DNA of 64,000 nt from Gammaproteobacteria bacterium (lineage in GTDB: Bacteria; Pseudomonadota; Gammaproteobacteria; Steroidobacterales; Foliamicaceae), in assembly GCA_009844425.1 (NCBI GenBank), contig VYBN01000033.1, forward strand, positions 146,263 to 210,262, written 5' to 3'. Under the pieces are notes generated by a model that saw only the letters and a program-made list of their open reading frames with translations, did not search any database and was not told the DNA's origin. Of this stretch, positions 55,782 through 64,000 are shown in pieces. The translations under genes were made by a program, and so were the position numbers. How positions within the stretch are numbered: the stretch's first letter is position 1; each line of letters opens with the position of its first letter.

Positions 55782-56841
55782 TTCGCCATTGTTTCCCGCC
55801 GCCTGCCGCGTTTCGGTGGCGCCGATGATGCAGCGCACCGACCGGCACTGCCGCTACTTCCACCGGCTGCTCGCGCCGGAGGCCGGCCTGTATACGGAAA
55901 TGGTCCATGCGCAGGCCGTCGTCCATTCGACCGACGGTCGCTTCCTGCACCATCATCCCGCTGAGCGGCCCCTCGCCCTGCAACTCGGAGGCAGCGAACC
56001 CGAAACGCTGGCCGAAGCGACGGCGCTTGCCACGCAGGCGGGGATCGACGAGATCAACCTGAACGTGGGCTGCCCCAGTTCCCGAGTCAAGGCGGGCCGT
56101 TTCGGCGCCTGCCTGATGCATGAACCGGAACGCGTGGCCGATTGCGTACGCGCGATGCGCGGAGAGGCCGCGGGCCGGCCCGTAACGGTCAAGACCCGCA
56201 TCGGGACCAATCACCGGCAGGAGTTCTCGCATCTCCTGGCGTTCGCGCGGGCGATGCAGGAAGCAGGGGTCGCGGCCCTGATCGTGCACGCGCGCATCGC
56301 CGTGCTTGAGGGTTTGTCTCCGAAAGAGAACCGCAACGTGCCGCCACTGCGCTACGAGTTCGTTTACCGGCTGAAGCAGGCCATGCCGGAGTTGCCCATC
56401 GTCATCAACGGCGGTATATGCGACAACAGCGAAATCGCGTCGCACCTGCAATGCGTGGATGGTGTGATGCTGGGCCGCGCCGCCTATTCCAATCCCTGGT
56501 TACTCACAGCGCTGTCCGGCGCGCCGCGGCAGCCGAAGACCCGCGCCGGGGTGGTTGAGGCGATGGTGGAGTACGCCCGGCGCGAGGAGCAGAGCGGAGT
56601 GAGACTGGGTGCAATCACGCGTCACATGGCCGGCCTGTATTCGGGCAGACCCGGCGCCGGCGACTGGCGGCGGTCACTGGCGCGGCATGCGGCGGCGCCC
56701 GCGAACGAAGCAAGCGTACTGCTCGACTGCGTTCCCGATCGGTTGCGCTACGCCGCTCCTGGGAGCGAAGGCGTCTCGCCTTCGTGGAGGGCGGGACGCC
56801 CTCCTTCCCGGGTCGAGGACCAGGTGGCCTTTTCCGGCTAG
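55771..56841 (+). CDS. dusA: tRNA-dihydrouridine(20/20a) synthase DusA
   Basis: VAPMMQRTDRHCRYFHRLL, NLNVGCPS and VKTRIG blocks. ATG 55771 overlaps the ybdK stop by 11 nt. Confidence 0.85.
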   Translation: MAADSPLFPAACRVSVAPMMQRTDRHCRYFHRLLAPEAGLYTEMVHAQAVVHSTDGRFLHHHPAERPLALQLGGSEPETLAEATALATQAGIDEINLNVGCPSSRVKAGRFGACLMHEPERVADCVRAMRGEAAGRPVTVKTRIGTNHRQEFSHLLAFARAMQEAGVAALIVHARIAVLEGLSPKENRNVPPLRYEFVYRLKQAMPELPIVINGGICDNSEIASHLQCVDGVMLGRAAYSNPWLLTALSGAPRQPKTRAGVVEAMVEYARREEQSGVRLGAITRHMAGLYSGRPGAGDWRRSLARHAAAPANEASVLLDCVPDRLRYAAPGSEGVSPSWRAGRPPSRVEDQVAFSG

Positions 56842-58583
56842 CCGCCCAGTGCGGCGGCCACGCGGGCGCGTTCGGCGGAGAGTTCGGCGGGTACGCGGTC
56901 GCCGTATTGGGCGAGATACTCGGCAATTTTCCGCATTTCCTCGCGCCAGCCATCCGTATCGACGTCGAGCAGATCGTTCATGGCCTCGGGAGCGATATCG
57001 AGGCCCTGAAGGTTCAGGTCTTCGCGCCGCGGCAGATTGCCCACCGGCGTTTCGCGCGCATCGGCGCGGCCCTTGCGCCGGTCGAGAATCCACTGGAGCA
57101 CGCGCAGGTTCTCGCCGAATCCCGGCCATAGGTATTCGCCCGCCTCGTTCTGCCGGAACCAGTTGACGTGATAGATCCCGGGAAGCCTGTCGCTGCGGCC
57201 GCTGAAACTCAGCCAGTGCTTCCAGTAGTCGGCGAAGTTGTAGCCGCAAAACGGCTTCATGGCCATCGGGTCGCGCCGCAGTCCGTTGTCGGAGTCGCTG
57301 GATGCCGCCGTGGATTCCGAAGCCATGGCGGCGCCCATCAGCACGCCGTGGCGCCAGTCCCGCGCCTCCATGACCAGTGGCGCCAGCCGTGCGCGCCGCC
57401 CGCCGAAGATCAGAGCGGATATGGGCACGCCCGCCTCGTGCTCGGCCATGGGCGAATAGCTGGGGTTGCATTGCGCCGATACGGTGAAGCGGGAGTTGGG
57501 GTGCGCGGCCTTTTCGCCGCTCTTGAACGGTTCCCCCTTCCAGTTCAGCACCGGAACGCCGAACTTGCGGCCTTCCCACCACGGCTCCTTCTCGCTGCTG
57601 AGCCCCACATTGGTGAAGATCGCTTCCCGCTGGAGCATCTCAAACGCATTGTTGTTGGTGTCGCGGTTGGTGCCGGGCACCACGCCGAAATAGCCGGCTT
57701 CCGGGTTGATGGCGCGCATCACGCCGTCGTCGTCGAGATGCAGCCAGGCGATATCGTCACCGACGGTCCGGACCTGCCATCCGGGAAATTGCTCCGGCGG
57801 AATCAGCATCGCCAGGTTGGTCTTGCCGCAGGCCGAGGGAAAGGCGGCCGCGACATAGTGCTTCTCGCCTGCCGGATTCTCGATCTCCACAATGAGCATG
57901 TGTTCCGCGAGCCAGCCTTCTTGGCGCGCCTGCCAGCTTGCGATGCGCAGGGCGTGGCATTTCTTGCCCAGCAGCGCATTGCCGCCATAGCCGGAACCGT
58001 AGCTTCGGATGCTTAGTTCTTCCGGGAAGTGCATGATGTAGCGCCGCTCGGGATCGAGTTCGCCGATCGAGTGCATCCCTTTGACGAATTTACCCTCGCG
58101 CTCGATCCGCTCGAGCGCCTGTGCGCCCATGCGCGTCATCAAGTACATGTTCACCGCGACGTAGGCGCTGTCCGTTACCTCGATCCCGCAACGCGCATAC
58201 GGCGAACCCAGTGGGCCCATGCAGTACGGAATCACGTACATCACACGTCCCCGCATGCAGCCCTCGAACAGCCCGTCCAGCAGCCGGTGCGCCTCGTCCG
58301 GGGCCATCCAGTTGTTGTTGGGGCCCGCGTCCTCGCGATCCGCGGTGCAAATGAAGGTGAGGTTCTCTACCCGGGCCACGTCGGAAGGATCGGAGCGATG
58401 CAGGTAACAATCCTCGAACTGCCCGCCGTTGATGGGAATCAGCCCGCCATCGCGCACCAGTTGCGCTACGAGCGCATCGTATTCTTCCCGGGAGCCGTCG
58501 CACCAGTGGACCCGGTCGGGCCGCGTAAGGCGAGCAACCTCCTCCACCCACTGACGGGCGCTGGAAGCAGTATTGGGAATCAC
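56838..58583 (-). CDS. pckG: Phosphoenolpyruvate carboxykinase (GTP)
   Basis: GTP-type PEPCK blocks VHWCDGSREEYD, FPSACGKTNLAML and WEGRKF...WKGEPF. GTG start. Confidence 0.9.
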   Translation of the reverse strand: MIPNTASSARQWVEEVARLTRPDRVHWCDGSREEYDALVAQLVRDGGLIPINGGQFEDCYLHRSDPSDVARVENLTFICTADREDAGPNNNWMAPDEAHRLLDGLFEGCMRGRVMYVIPYCMGPLGSPYARCGIEVTDSAYVAVNMYLMTRMGAQALERIEREGKFVKGMHSIGELDPERRYIMHFPEELSIRSYGSGYGGNALLGKKCHALRIASWQARQEGWLAEHMLIVEIENPAGEKHYVAAAFPSACGKTNLAMLIPPEQFPGWQVRTVGDDIAWLHLDDDGVMRAINPEAGYFGVVPGTNRDTNNNAFEMLQREAIFTNVGLSSEKEPWWEGRKFGVPVLNWKGEPFKSGEKAAHPNSRFTVSAQCNPSYSPMAEHEAGVPISALIFGGRRARLAPLVMEARDWRHGVLMGAAMASESTAASSDSDNGLRRDPMAMKPFCGYNFADYWKHWLSFSGRSDRLPGIYHVNWFRQNEAGEYLWPGFGENLRVLQWILDRRKGRADARETPVGNLPRREDLNLQGLDIAPEAMNDLLDVDTDGWREEMRKIAEYLAQYGDRVPAELSAERARVAAALGG

Positions 58584-58798
58584 TCCGGTTATGTAACCGT
58601 TCGGCGCGTGAAGAGCGCAAGAATATACGATTTACGCCTCCGGGTGGGCGCCTATTTGGATTTTCGTGGCTTCGGACACTAAACAGCCGGACGGGATGCA
58701 CCCTCGCGGGATTCATTCGTAGCGAGTAAGTCAAATGCCGAATGATCCTGTAGCGTACGATCCTTGACATATTACGCGGCGCATACTAGCGTGGCGGT

Positions 58799-59086
58799 GT
58801 GATCCAGTCGTTTGCCGACGGCGCGACCCGGCGGTTGTTTGAGGATGATCGACATCGCGGCTTTCGCGGCCTCGACTATGAGCGGGCGCTGATGCTGCTC
58901 GACGCGCTTGATGCGGCAACTTCGCTAGCCGCCCTGCGGGCCTTGCAGGCAACCCGCCTTCATGCGCTCAAGGGACCTCGCAAGGGCCACTGGGCGATGG
59001 TCGTTAACGCACGTTGGCGCATCACCTTCAGGTTTCGTGGAGGCGACGCCGGCCAGGTCAGAATCGAGGACTATCACAAAGGCTGA
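58799..59086 (+). CDS. higB: HigB-type toxin (plasmid maintenance system killer protein, RelE superfamily)
   Basis: MIQSF...LDAATSL..LHALKGPRKGHWAMVVNARWRITFRF..G....V.IEDYH matches the HigB/COG3549 pattern. GTG start. Confidence 0.85.
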   Translation: MIQSFADGATRRLFEDDRHRGFRGLDYERALMLLDALDAATSLAALRALQATRLHALKGPRKGHWAMVVNARWRITFRFRGGDAGQVRIEDYHKG

Positions 59087-59100
59087 TTGGAGAGTCCACT

Positions 59101-59400
59101 ATGCCAAGATTAAGAACACATCCGGGGCGCGTCTTGAAGGCCGAGCTTGCGGCGCGGGACATGAGCGCAAACAAACTGGCGCTGGCGCTGCGCGTTCCCG
59201 CCAACCGGATCACGGCGATACTGCGTGGGGAACGCGCCGTTACGGCGGAGACGGCGGTGCGCCTGGGGCGCTTTCTGGGCACCGGCGCCGCATTCTGGAT
59301 GAACCTTCAGACGCTGTATGACATCTCGGTAGTTGAGGCCAGGCAGGGAGAAGCCATCGAGCGGGAACTGGCAGGCGCGATCGGCGCCGGTTCAGCCTGA
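59101..59400 (+). CDS. higA: HigA-type antitoxin (XRE HTH, COG3093)
   Basis: HPGRVLKAELAARDMSANKLALALRVPANRITAILRGERAVTAETAVRLGRFLGT..FWMNLQ matches the canonical HigA pattern. It starts 14 nt after the higB stop. Confidence 0.85.
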   Translation: MPRLRTHPGRVLKAELAARDMSANKLALALRVPANRITAILRGERAVTAETAVRLGRFLGTGAAFWMNLQTLYDISVVEARQGEAIERELAGAIGAGSA

Positions 59401-59428
59401 GACACAGGCCATTCAGCCTTGGAATAGT

Positions 59429-59653
59429 ATGATCCAAAGCATGGTCAACAAGGTTGTGCAATCCGATCCCGAGATATTGCACGGTGCACCCGTGTTCGCC
59501 GGAACCCGGGTGCCGGTACAGAACCTGTGGGATTACCTTGAGAGGGGACATGGCCTTGAGGGTTTTCTTGAAGGGTTTCCTGGAGTAAAAAAAGAACAAG
59601 CGCTTTGGGTAATCGAACGGGCAAGGCGAATAGACTTCGCAGAGTCTGCCTGA
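59429..59653 (+). CDS. DUF433 domain protein (antitoxin-like), without the usual small PIN-like partner
   Basis: DPEILHGAPVFAGTRVPVQNLWDYLERGHGLEGFLEGFPGVKKEQA matches the DUF433 pattern (GxPxxxGTRxxV...G....I...P.l). 74 aa from ATG 59429. Confidence 0.7.
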   Translation: MIQSMVNKVVQSDPEILHGAPVFAGTRVPVQNLWDYLERGHGLEGFLEGFPGVKKEQALWVIERARRIDFAESA

Positions 59654-59715
59654 GGAACAGTTGTTGACGATTATGCCTTGTATATCCGGCATGTAATGCC
59701 TAATATACGATAATA

Positions 59716-60888
59716 GTGATCCCGAGACTCTTGAAGAAAGACGTGGTGGCCGCGCTGGCCCGGCAGTCGGCAGTGATGCTGCTTGGGCCGCGGCAATCCG
59801 GCAAGACCACGCTTGCGCTTGAGATCGCTCGCGATTGCGGCGGCGCATATCTTGATCTGGAAGATCGCGATGATCGCGCCAAGCTGGCTGAACCGCGACT
59901 GTTTCTTGATGCACTGGAGGACAGGCTGGTAGTGCTCGATGAGATTCATCGCACGCCGGAACTGTTCGCCTCACTGCGGGGCATCATTGACCGTGGCAGG
60001 AGGCGCGGCAAGGGCGTGGGCCGATTTCTGATTCTTGGATCGGCATCAATTGCTCTTCTGAAGCAGGCCAGCGAGTCCCTCGCTGGGCGGGTCGAGCAGT
60101 TGGAACTGATGCCTTTTTCCCCACTGGAAGTCGGCGATGGCCGGTCTTCGCGCGAATCGCTCTGGTTGCGGGGCGGGTTTCCGCAGTCCTGGCTGGCCGG
60201 GTCGGATGCGGACAGCCTTGTGTGGCGTAGAAACTTTGTCCGGGCCTACCTGGAGCGCGATGTTCCGCAATTCGGTCCGCGCGTGCCGGCGGCCACGCTG
60301 GAGCGCTTGTGGTCGATGCTGGCCCATCGGCAGGGATCACTGCTGAATTCGTCAAACCTTGCAACGGCGATGGAAGTCAGCGCCCGGAGCGTCAACCGCT
60401 ATGTCGACCTGTTCGTGGACCTGATGCTCGTGCGCAGGTTGCCGCCGCTGCACGCCAACGTCGGCAAGCGGTTGGTCAAGTCGCCGAAGACATATGTGCG
60501 CGACAGCGGGCTCGTTCATTCGCTGCTGGGGATTTCATCCCTGGAAGCTCTGATGGGGCATCCGGTAGTGGGTGCAAGCTGGGAGGGCTTCGCGATTGAA
60601 ACACTCCTCGGTCCGCTGACATGGCCTGCCGCAGCGAGTTTTTTTCGAACGGCCGCGGGCGCTGAAGTCGATCTGGTTATCGATTTTCCCGTCGGCGAGC
60701 GCTGGGCCATTGAGATCAAGCGCTCGCTAACGGCCCGGATGAGCCGTGGATTTCGCACAGCCCTGACGGACCTCAAGCCCACGCGCTCATTTGTCGTTCA
60801 CGCGGGCGCTGAGCGCTACCCGCTTTCCGACACTGTTGAGGCGGTCGGGCTGCAGGAGTTGGCGTTGGATATCTCGCAGGCGCGCTGA
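59716..60888 (+). CDS. AAA+ ATPase (COG1373/DUF4143 type) with a C-terminal PD-(D/E)xK-like nuclease motif
   Basis: Walker A GPRQSGKTT and Walker B LVVLDEIH. The C-terminal block EVDLVID-x9-WAIEIK reads as D...ExK. GTG start. A TTGTAT-N17-TAATAT promoter-like pair lies at 59678-59706. Confidence 0.75.
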   Translation: MIPRLLKKDVVAALARQSAVMLLGPRQSGKTTLALEIARDCGGAYLDLEDRDDRAKLAEPRLFLDALEDRLVVLDEIHRTPELFASLRGIIDRGRRRGKGVGRFLILGSASIALLKQASESLAGRVEQLELMPFSPLEVGDGRSSRESLWLRGGFPQSWLAGSDADSLVWRRNFVRAYLERDVPQFGPRVPAATLERLWSMLAHRQGSLLNSSNLATAMEVSARSVNRYVDLFVDLMLVRRLPPLHANVGKRLVKSPKTYVRDSGLVHSLLGISSLEALMGHPVVGASWEGFAIETLLGPLTWPAAASFFRTAAGAEVDLVIDFPVGERWAIEIKRSLTARMSRGFRTALTDLKPTRSFVVHAGAERYPLSDTVEAVGLQELALDISQAR

Positions 60889-60918
60889 CAATGAAATCAA
60901 GTAAGGAGCGTTAAGGCA

Positions 60919-62277
60919 GTGAAGAGCGCCTTGTACTTTTGCTCCGAATGCGGGGCGGAGAGCCTCAAGTGGCAGGGGCAGTGCGGGGCCTGCGGCGCGT
61001 GGAACACGCTGCGCGAGGCGCCCGCCGCACCCGCGCGATCAGGAGGGAAGACCCGCAAGCCCACCGCCGCCGAGGTGGTGCGACTGAACGAAGTGGCCGC
61101 GCAGCCGGGCCAGCGCATGGCCACTGGACTGGCCGAGTTTGACCGGGTCCTGGGCGGCGGTCTGGTGAAGGGTTCGGTCGTGTTGCTCGGCGGCGATCCC
61201 GGGATCGGCAAATCGACCATCCTGCTGCAGGTGGCCGACGGCAATCCTGCAAGCGCGCAAACGCTCTACGTAAGCGGCGAGGAGTCGCTGGAACAGCTTT
61301 CCCTGCGTTCGCGGCGACTCGGACTTGCTGACGTCGGCGTGCGCGCCATCGCCGAGACATCGCTGGATGCCGTGCTTGCGGCGGTCGAAGCGGAACGTCC
61401 CGCGTGGCTGATCATCGATTCCGTGCAGACCTTGAGCCTGAACGAGGTCAATTCGGCTCCCGGCTCGCCGTTGCAACTGCGCGAATGCACGGCCGCCCTG
61501 GTGCGGCTGGCCAAGACGCGCGGAATCGCCGTCACTCTGGTGGGGCACGTGACCAAGGAGGGACAGATCGCCGGGCCGCGCATGCTGGAGCACATGGTGG
61601 ACGTGGTACTGTATTTCGAAAGCGAATCCGGCAGCAGGTTCCGCGTGCTGCGGTCGGTCAAGAACCGCTTCGGCGCGGTCAATGAACTGGGCGTGTTCGT
61701 CATGGACTCCGCGGGGCTGAAGCAGGTGCGAAATCCCTCTGCGATCTTTCTCACCGGCCGTCAGGCCGGCGCGCCCGGCAGCGCCGTCACGGCCTGCCAT
61801 GAGGGCAGCCGGCCGATGCTGCTGGAAGTCCAGGCGCTGGTCTCCGACGGCGGCGCCGGCATGGCCCGCCGGGTCAGTCCCGGAATGGACCACAACCGCC
61901 TGGCCATGCTGATGGCCGTGCTGGCGCGGCATTCGGGCGTGGCGGCCTACGAGCGCGACGTTTTCGTGAATTTCGTGGGCGGCCTGCGGATCGGCGAAAC
62001 GGCGGCGGACTTGGCGGTCGCCGCGGCGATATGGTCCAGCGTACGCGACCAGCCCTTGCCGGACGGCATGGTCCTGTTCGGCGAACTGGGGCTGTCGGGC
62101 GAAATCCGGCCCGCGCCGTACGGGGAAGAACGCCTGCGCGAGGCGGCCAAGCTCGGTTTCCGGCAAGCCCTGATCCCCGCGGCGAACCGCCCACGCCAGC
62201 CGATAAATGGTATCAAGGTCACCGTCGTGAAGCGCCTGGGCGAAGCGCTGGAAGCCCTGGCGCAATCCGCCGCCTGA
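60919..62277 (+). CDS. radA: DNA repair protein RadA/Sms
   Basis: Zinc ribbon YFCSECG...CGACGAWNT, Walker A GGDPGIGKST, the KNRFG motif and a Lon-like C-terminal domain. GTG start. Confidence 0.95.
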   Translation: MKSALYFCSECGAESLKWQGQCGACGAWNTLREAPAAPARSGGKTRKPTAAEVVRLNEVAAQPGQRMATGLAEFDRVLGGGLVKGSVVLLGGDPGIGKSTILLQVADGNPASAQTLYVSGEESLEQLSLRSRRLGLADVGVRAIAETSLDAVLAAVEAERPAWLIIDSVQTLSLNEVNSAPGSPLQLRECTAALVRLAKTRGIAVTLVGHVTKEGQIAGPRMLEHMVDVVLYFESESGSRFRVLRSVKNRFGAVNELGVFVMDSAGLKQVRNPSAIFLTGRQAGAPGSAVTACHEGSRPMLLEVQALVSDGGAGMARRVSPGMDHNRLAMLMAVLARHSGVAAYERDVFVNFVGGLRIGETAADLAVAAAIWSSVRDQPLPDGMVLFGELGLSGEIRPAPYGEERLREAAKLGFRQALIPAANRPRQPINGIKVTVVKRLGEALEALAQSAA

Positions 62278-62527
62278 AAAATCGCGACGGGCGGTCGCAG
62301 TGACGCAGGGCATGGGCTGGGCGGAGGATTTGACACAGTGTTTGAAGCGCGCAGAGCATTTGGGAGGTGCGTAGGTGAACAGCCGGAAGTGTTATCGAAG
62401 GCGGCAGCTAACTTACCCAGCGTCTGTGCTTGACTGGATCAGACACCACACATAATTGTATAAACTCTGGGTAAGCCTTTCACTCTTGGGCGAGCGGGCA
62501 GGTGCCCGTAGGAGCACAGTCTAATTT

Positions 62528-64000
62528 ATGGAATACCAGCGTCTAGACGTCAATTCAGCATTCCTGCAGAGATTTCAATACGTAGTGCCGAGCTATCAAC
62601 GCAACTACGTATGGACGAGGCAAGACCAATGGGAGCCACTTTGGGATGATGTTGTTAATGTCGCGCAACAGATACTCGACGACGACTCCAAAAAGGAACC
62701 TCACTTTCTTGGAACAATTATCACAAAGCACATGTCGTCCGGCGACAGCTTGCTTCAACTCCGATCAGTTGTTGATGGTCAACAAAGACTCACCACGCTC
62801 CAACTCTTGATCGCTGCGGCACATTCGGCGTTTAGGGAGCTTGAATTAGAAGACTTTGCGGCGACTCTCGGGGGCTACTTGTCCAATCAGGATCACGACG
62901 TGAAGCAGGACCATGATCGGTTCAAAATCCGCCACAAGAGTCGAGACTATGCCGGTTTCTCTGATGTTGTGAATTTTGCTTTAGGAAAATCGAATGCCGC
63001 CGATATTGATTCGCGAGCTAATGGGAAGTTGCCCGAATGCTATGGCTATTTTCGAGAGGCTATGACCGATTGGCTCCGATGTGATGCGGGAGAAAATCTC
63101 AGCAAGCGAGGCAACGCCCTAAGAATAACAATAGTTGATATGCTCGTGGTTTTAGATATTCGGCTGGGAAGCGAAAACAGCCACGCAATATTTGAGGCGC
63201 TGAATGCCCGGGGCGAACCTCTAACCGAGTGGGAGAAAACGAAAAACTATATATTGTCAATTGCTGTCAATGAAAACGATCCCGATGGCGATCAAGCCTA
63301 CGCAAATCATCTTGAGTGCTACGACAGCGATGAGTATTGGGATCAAAGAGTCACGACCCCGCGCTTCTCCGGTAAGCGCATAGATTTGTTCCTCTTTTTC
63401 TTCGCGCAGATCGAGCTTCCCAAGTGGCGACAGGAAATTGCAAGCGGCGAGGAGCTTCACAATCTTCCGCGGCGGCGCCTTTACCGAGAATTCAGATACG
63501 TGGGCGAGCATGTGTACCGGCACTCACGGGAGGAACTCCAAGGCTTGTTAGAGCGGATGGGACGCCACACAGAAATCTACCGGGAGATCGACCCACCAGG
63601 CAGCGATAAATTCTCGGATTATGGCCGGTTAGTCATGCAGCGAAGAGAGACGCTCACCCTTGCTTCTCTCATTCCGGTCTTCATGGTCCTCGTTGACAAG
63701 CTCGGCTACGGTGAAGAGCTTGATTGCGCTCTACGTATAGTGGACAGCTATCTCATGCGGCGTGTGGCGCTCAAGGCGAGCTATTCCAACTTTGATGACG
63801 CTTCATTCGATCACGTGCAAGCTCTGCGTGAAGCACCTCGCGCAGATGTTTGCGCCGTATTAATCGACCGATTTGAGAAGGCAACCAAAGCAAATTATTG
63901 GCCCAGTGACGAAGATGTTGCGTTCCATCTTCGCAAGGCAGACATGTATAACAACATTTCTGCCCCGAAGAAGCGGCTCCTGTTGTCTGGAATCGCGCAG
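62528..64000 (+). CDS. DUF262 (ParB-like NTPase/nuclease superfamily, GmrSD-type N-terminal domain) protein, 3'-partial at the window edge
   Basis: My own translation from ATG 62528 stays open to position 64000. It contains VVPSYQRNYVW, VVDGQQRLTTLQLL and FEALNARGEPLTEWEKTKNYI, which are DUF262 signature blocks. The ORF is absent from the track because no stop codon falls inside the window. The region is markedly AT-richer than radA. Confidence 0.75.
   Translation, partial: MEYQRLDVNSAFLQRFQYVVPSYQRNYVWTRQDQWEPLWDDVVNVAQQILDDDSKKEPHFLGTIITKHMSSGDSLLQLRSVVDGQQRLTTLQLLIAAAHSAFRELELEDFAATLGGYLSNQDHDVKQDHDRFKIRHKSRDYAGFSDVVNFALGKSNAADIDSRANGKLPECYGYFREAMTDWLRCDAGENLSKRGNALRITIVDMLVVLDIRLGSENSHAIFEALNARGEPLTEWEKTKNYILSIAVNENDPDGDQAYANHLECYDSDEYWDQRVTTPRFSGKRIDLFLFFFAQIELPKWRQEIASGEELHNLPRRRLYREFRYVGEHVYRHSREELQGLLERMGRHTEIYREIDPPGSDKFSDYGRLVMQRRETLTLASLIPVFMVLVDKLGYGEELDCALRIVDSYLMRRVALKASYSNFDDASFDHVQALREAPRADVCAVLIDRFEKATKANYWPSDEDVAFHLRKADMYNNISAPKKRLLLSGIAQ

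Noticed and set aside
55771-56841. A dusA-associated integrative element, since the 5' end of dusA is a known integration hotspot.
   Set aside because: No integrase, excisionase or duplicated dusA 5' segment is visible. ybdK overlaps the dusA start directly, and the accessory cluster lies on the far side of ybdK.
58764-58792. TTGACA-N17-TAGCGT as the higB promoter.
   Set aside because: The -10 element is weak and would place the transcription start on the GTG start codon itself. This is not convincing enough to annotate.
62350-62425. Possible fourth copy of the hairpin-element core: TGGGAG...GCCGGAA...GCGTCTG downstream of radA.
   Set aside because: Only short words are shared, with different spacing. 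There are no flanking inverted arms and no inner GGA-loop hairpin. This is most likely chance similarity.

Overview
This window is a high-GC chromosomal segment of gammaproteobacterial type, roughly two-thirds G+C by eye. It is almost fully coding. All protein calls come from reading the supplied translations for family motifs; no database search was run.

Most of the window is housekeeping genes in synteny blocks familiar from Pseudomonas and E. coli:
- PolB-like exonuclease, L,D-transpeptidase, nagZ, MTI/MTA phosphorylase, csiV-like, mfd
- lolC-lolE-lolD, comEC, msbA, lpxK, kdsB
- divergent rne/rluC
- bamD / rluD-pgeF-clpB
- M16 peptidase, GT2, DUF502, FmdB-like, aspS
- a MaoC-SDR-FadB-like beta-oxidation trio
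- mutS-pncC-recA-recX-alaS
- ybdK-dusA, pckG, radA

Three visibly more AT-rich accessory patches interrupt this backbone:
- About 44.7-54.5 kb, between alaS and ybdK: a hydantoin/lactam-type uptake and catabolism cluster. It holds a hydantoin-racemase-like gene, hyuA/hyuB, an NCS1 permease and a TonB-dependent receptor, plus a secreted pepsin-like (A1) aspartic protease homologue whose first catalytic triplet reads DNG.
- About 58.6-60.9 kb, between pckG and radA: higBA, an orphan DUF433 gene and an AAA+ ATPase with a C-terminal PD-(D/E)xK-like motif.
- From about 62.3 kb to the window end: a DUF262 (GmrSD-like) gene cut by the window edge.

The most unusual signal is non-coding. Three copies of a ~105-111 nt nested-hairpin element lie at 23609-23715, 48154-48264 and 48302-48407.
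- Each has an outer stem of exactly 29 bp whose sequence differs between copies but stays paired through compensatory changes.
- Each has a covarying inner hairpin capped by a GGGA, AGGA or AGGAC loop.
- Each has a conserved single-stranded GGATG...GCGT tract. This arrangement resembles a bipartite CsrA/RsmA-type binding module.

No tRNA, rRNA, CRISPR array, transposase or integrase was recognised. The many long antisense ORFs in the track are treated as high-GC shadow ORFs.
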